Positions 35,763-39,003 of a stretch of DNA of 39,003 bases are shown here, piece by piece (the stretch's first letter is position 1; every line of letters begins with the position of its first letter). Position numbers and translations under genes: made by a program. Below the pieces are notes generated by a model that was given only the letters and a program-made list of their open reading frames with translations, had not been told where the DNA came from and did no database searches. This stretch comes from Candidatus Cloacimonadota bacterium (GTDB taxonomy: Bacteria > Cloacimonadota > Cloacimonadia > JGIOTU-2): NCBI GenBank assembly GCA_014382495.1, contig JACNJR010000041.1, positions 1 to 39,003 on the forward strand. The letters run 5' to 3'.

Positions 35763-36500
35763 TTATTTGGTTATAATACTTTCAAGTTTGTCAACGATTT
35801 CAGAAAGTTTATCAATTGTTTGAATATATCTTTCAAAAAAATCCACAAACTGCTGTTTCTTCATCTTGATTTTCTTATTTTTGATATCAAGCGCTTGCAG
35901 AAATACAGAAAAATCGATTTGGAGAAGTTCTGCAATTTTCCGAATGATATCGATATTTTGCGATGGAACCGATTCATTTTTTATGACAAGAATTGCCTTC
36001 ATAACAGGAATAAAACTTAAAAGTGAAGTTGAAACCAAATTTTGCATAAATTTAATATTGCCAACATTTTCCAGAAAAGCTAATCTGAGAAGAAGAAGTT
36101 TCCCTTTCAATTCTCTTTCTGCTTGCAAACGCAGATGTTCTGAATTGATTTTCAGATTCTCAAAACAATCTTCACCATAAATTTTTTTATGATTTACCTT
36201 GATATTCAGAAATTCGATTGGAAATGTGTCGAGTGAATTTTCAATATACTCTTTTGTGAGAAAGAGTGGCACAGTAACACGCTTTTTTTGAAATTTTTTG
36301 ATGACATTTTTAGCAGAAATTAGTGTGTCAAGTTTTGAATCCTCCAAAATTATTGCGAGATTAATGTCTGAAGTTTTTGGATTGAAATCTTCTGTAACAA
36401 CACTTCCATACAGACAAATTGAAATAAGTTTTTCGCCAAATTTTTTTTCATATTCTCTAATAATTTCTGAGAAAAGTTTGTTTTTATCTTTAATTTTCAT
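35763..36500 (-). CDS. Nucleotidyltransferase-fold (Pol beta superfamily) protein with helical C-terminal domain
   Basis: ISICLYGS......PKTSDINLAIIL, DTFPIEFLNIK...KKIYGED, LRLQAERELKGKLL.LR. Confidence 0.75.
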   Translation of the reverse strand: MKIKDKNKLFSEIIREYEKKFGEKLISICLYGSVVTEDFNPKTSDINLAIILEDSKLDTLISAKNVIKKFQKKRVTVPLFLTKEYIENSLDTFPIEFLNIKVNHKKIYGEDCFENLKINSEHLRLQAERELKGKLLLLRLAFLENVGNIKFMQNLVSTSLLSFIPVMKAILVIKNESVPSQNIDIIRKIAELLQIDFSVFLQALDIKNKKIKMKKQQFVDFFERYIQTIDKLSEIVDKLESIITK

Positions 36501-36512
36501 AATTATTTTCCT

Positions 36513-37361
36513 TCAATTTCCAAGAAACGCTTTTGCGCATTTTTTCGCCAGATCTCTTATTCTTTTGATATAAATTGCTCTTTCGGTCACAGAAATTGCA
36601 CCACGCGCATCTAACAAATTAAAAATATGAGAACACTTCAGAAGATATTCATAACCTGGGTAAATCAGTTCGCTTTTTATCTGATTTTCTGACTCATTTT
36701 CGAATTTATCAAAATCATCAAAAAGCATTTTGCGATTTGCCGTGCTGAAATTAAATTCGGAAAATTCCTTCTCTTGTTGCGTATAAATTTTTCCGTATGA
36801 AATTTTTTCATTCCACGCAATCTTCTTAAAATCATCGACCTGCTGAATGTACATTGCGAGACGCTCAAGTCCATAAGTCAATTCCACCGGAATAGATTTC
36901 AGCTCGATTCCAGCCATCTGCTGAAAATATGTGAATTGTGAAATCTCCATTCCATCAAGCCAAACTTCCCAGCCAAGTCCAGACGCACCAAGTGTTGGCG
37001 ATTCCCAATCATCTTCCACAAAACGGATATCGTGATTTTTTATCGGAGTGCCAATCGCTTCCAAACTTTTCAGATATAATTCTTGAATATTGTCGGGAGA
37101 AGGTTTTATCACAACTTGGAATTGATAATATTTTTGCAGCCGATTTGGGTTTTCTCCATATCTTCCATCTTTGGGACGGCGCGATGGTTGCACATACGCA
37201 ATTTTCATCGGTTGGTCTGATATTGAGCCAAAAAAAGTTTCAGGATGAAAAGTTCCTGCACCCATTTCCATATCATACGGCTGGTGAATAATGCATCCAT
37301 TTTCAGCCCAGAATTTTTGGAGATTAAAAATGATTTGTTGGAAAGTTAATTTCTTATTCAT
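36513..37361 (-). CDS. glyQ: Glycine--tRNA ligase alpha subunit
   Basis: [100 protein letters not shown]. Start set at ATG 37361 (alternatives 37364, 37376). Confidence 0.97.
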   Translation of the reverse strand: MNKKLTFQQIIFNLQKFWAENGCIIHQPYDMEMGAGTFHPETFFGSISDQPMKIAYVQPSRRPKDGRYGENPNRLQKYYQFQVVIKPSPDNIQELYLKSLEAIGTPIKNHDIRFVEDDWESPTLGASGLGWEVWLDGMEISQFTYFQQMAGIELKSIPVELTYGLERLAMYIQQVDDFKKIAWNEKISYGKIYTQQEKEFSEFNFSTANRKMLFDDFDKFENESENQIKSELIYPGYEYLLKCSHIFNLLDARGAISVTERAIYIKRIRDLAKKCAKAFLGN

Positions 37362-38979
37362 CATAAAATTTGTCAAATTTTGTCTCTTCGATGAGAAGAT
37401 TGACGGTTGATATTTTCTCTTTCAATTTCTCTTTCATAAAAAAATCTGTCATCATCAAATTCGCTTTGGAATAATATTCCTTCGCAGCGACAAAATACGA
37501 TTGAGATTTCTTCTTATGAAATCCACGCAATTTGTTATTCTCACCATATTCGCTACTTAAATCAGGATTTTTTGCTTTCTCATCATAATCCACAAATTTC
37601 CGATAATGAATGTAACCACATTCGTTATCGATTTCGCCCAGAAGGAGATAGGCTTCTGGTTCGTCTGGTGCGATTTCGGCAGATTTCTTTGCATTTGAAA
37701 CTGCCTTTTCATAATTTTTCATCTGACGGTAAACATCAGATATTCTGTTGTATCCAATTGCGGAATTTGGAGCAAGATTGATGAATTTTCTCAATGCATT
37801 CAATGCTTTCTCGAAATTTTCTTGTGTTGTATATGCTGCTGCTAAATTGAGAAAAGATGAAGCTTTTGTGGAATCTTTTTTGATAATTTCCAAATTTTGT
37901 TGAATACATTCTTCGAGCCGACCAGTTTTCTGATAGGCAATAGCGAGTTTCTTTTCCACATCTTTTTCATTAATTTCTGAGTTCAAAAATGTTTTTAAAT
38001 AGTGAATCGCTTCATCAAAGCTATCATTTTCAAAATATAATAATCCGATATTTTTGCAAGCTTCCATACAGGTTGAATCTTGCTTAATTGCTGATTGATA
38101 CGCATCAATTGCACATTCAATGTTCTCTTGGATTTTATAAATCTCTCCAACTTCATTCCAATAATCAATCTTTTCCGGAACGATTTCAGTTAATAGAATA
38201 TAATTTTCCAGAGCCATTTCATAATCCTCATTTATTTTGTAAGACCACGCCAATCCTTCAAGCGCTTCCAAATATTCGGGGTCAATTTCCAGTGCGTCTT
38301 GATAGTATGAAATTGCAGTTTCATAATCTTCTTCAACTGCCGAAATATACGCAAGATATGTGTATGCCGTCTTCTCATTTGGATTAATTTTTAGCAGATT
38401 TAGAAATGCACTTTTCGCATCAGCATATTGTTCTGCTGTAAAAAAATTCAGCGCAATATCCTTTGCTTTTTCCTCAGCAAATTTTTTCAATTCAAGCGCT
38501 TTATTCAAAATCGATGTAACTGCTTCAGCTCTTTTTTCGGTCTTCTTCTCAACTTGCTTCCTTTCGAATTTGATATCTTCAGTTTGCGTATCCAAAATAA
38601 AGAAATTCACATTAAAAAGCGTTCTATCAATTTGAGAAACCTCTCCCCAAATGCTAATATCTGCATTCACTTTCTCGGCAAGATTTAATACAATTGCCGG
38701 ATCTAATTTTTCCAATTTTGTCCTTTTCAGTACATTTTTTATCTCTATTGAATTGATGATTTCAATCTGCGGAATACCTTCAGCAACTTTTTGAAAATCA
38801 TCTGGAAGGTATTTATTGCTCATACTACGACTTTTGAGGTCAAGATAATGAAACCCCCAAACTGCTATTTTAATTGTATTGGTTGTGCTTTTTTCGGCAA
38901 CTGCATTTTGGCTACAACATAAAAGTTGCAATATGACAAAAATCATAACGAACTTTGTAAAAATTCTTCTTTTTTTCAT
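37354..38979 (-). CDS. Exported tetratricopeptide-repeat protein with an N-terminal alpha/beta (TolB-N/CsgG-like) domain
   Basis: Signal peptide; KIAVWGF...[15 protein letters not shown] domain; about 8 canonical 34-aa TPRs (A..YY..ALEIDP); SD AAGGAG. Confidence 0.8.
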   Translation of the reverse strand: MKKRRIFTKFVMIFVILQLLCCSQNAVAEKSTTNTIKIAVWGFHYLDLKSRSMSNKYLPDDFQKVAEGIPQIEIINSIEIKNVLKRTKLEKLDPAIVLNLAEKVNADISIWGEVSQIDRTLFNVNFFILDTQTEDIKFERKQVEKKTEKRAEAVTSILNKALELKKFAEEKAKDIALNFFTAEQYADAKSAFLNLLKINPNEKTAYTYLAYISAVEEDYETAISYYQDALEIDPEYLEALEGLAWSYKINEDYEMALENYILLTEIVPEKIDYWNEVGEIYKIQENIECAIDAYQSAIKQDSTCMEACKNIGLLYFENDSFDEAIHYLKTFLNSEINEKDVEKKLAIAYQKTGRLEECIQQNLEIIKKDSTKASSFLNLAAAYTTQENFEKALNALRKFINLAPNSAIGYNRISDVYRQMKNYEKAVSNAKKSAEIAPDEPEAYLLLGEIDNECGYIHYRKFVDYDEKAKNPDLSSEYGENNKLRGFHKKKSQSYFVAAKEYYSKANLMMTDFFMKEKLKEKISTVNLLIEETKFDKFYDE

Positions 38980-39003
38980 TACTTCTCCTTTTTGGTCAAA
39001 ATT

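Noticed and set aside
35763-36500. MNT-HEPN toxin-antitoxin or CBASS cyclase
   Set aside because: No HEPN RxxxxH partner or effector gene, degenerate DxD, and a housekeeping context.

Overview
AT-rich (about 30-33% GC by eye), gene-dense, mostly minus-strand chromosomal segment of a diderm bacterium, most likely FCB superphylum and probably Cloacimonadota (inferred from the T9SS-style C-terminal domains and PorV/FadL-like barrels, not from a marker gene). Housekeeping content: MATE transporter, cold-shock protein, tRNA-Lys(CTT), OsmC-family protein, single-domain response regulator, uvrC, murJ, rnhB, pdxA, tRNA-Phe(GAA), SurA/PpiD-like protein, MBL hydrolase, PHP phosphoesterase, Na/Pi cotransporter, nucleotidyltransferase-fold protein, glyQ and an exported TPR protein. 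The standout is a tightly packed 17.4 kb five-gene outer-membrane operon (28589 to 11158): a multidomain lipoprotein, a 17-TPR protein fused to a DUF5723-like barrel, a second FadL/PorV-like barrel, a 2902-aa protein with about 23 beta-sandwich repeats and a type-B-like T9SS C-terminal domain, and a PorV-like barrel. Other notable points: an orphan Thermococcales-type hypA plus ATPase-type hypB pair, strong enrichment of the Bacteroidota D-(S/T)-x O-glycosylation sequon in exported proteins, three different C-terminal domain types on secreted proteins, and promoters with perfect TTGACA but no consistent -10. No CRISPR array, IS, integrase, prophage or rRNA gene was seen. All family assignments come from motif recognition, not database searches.
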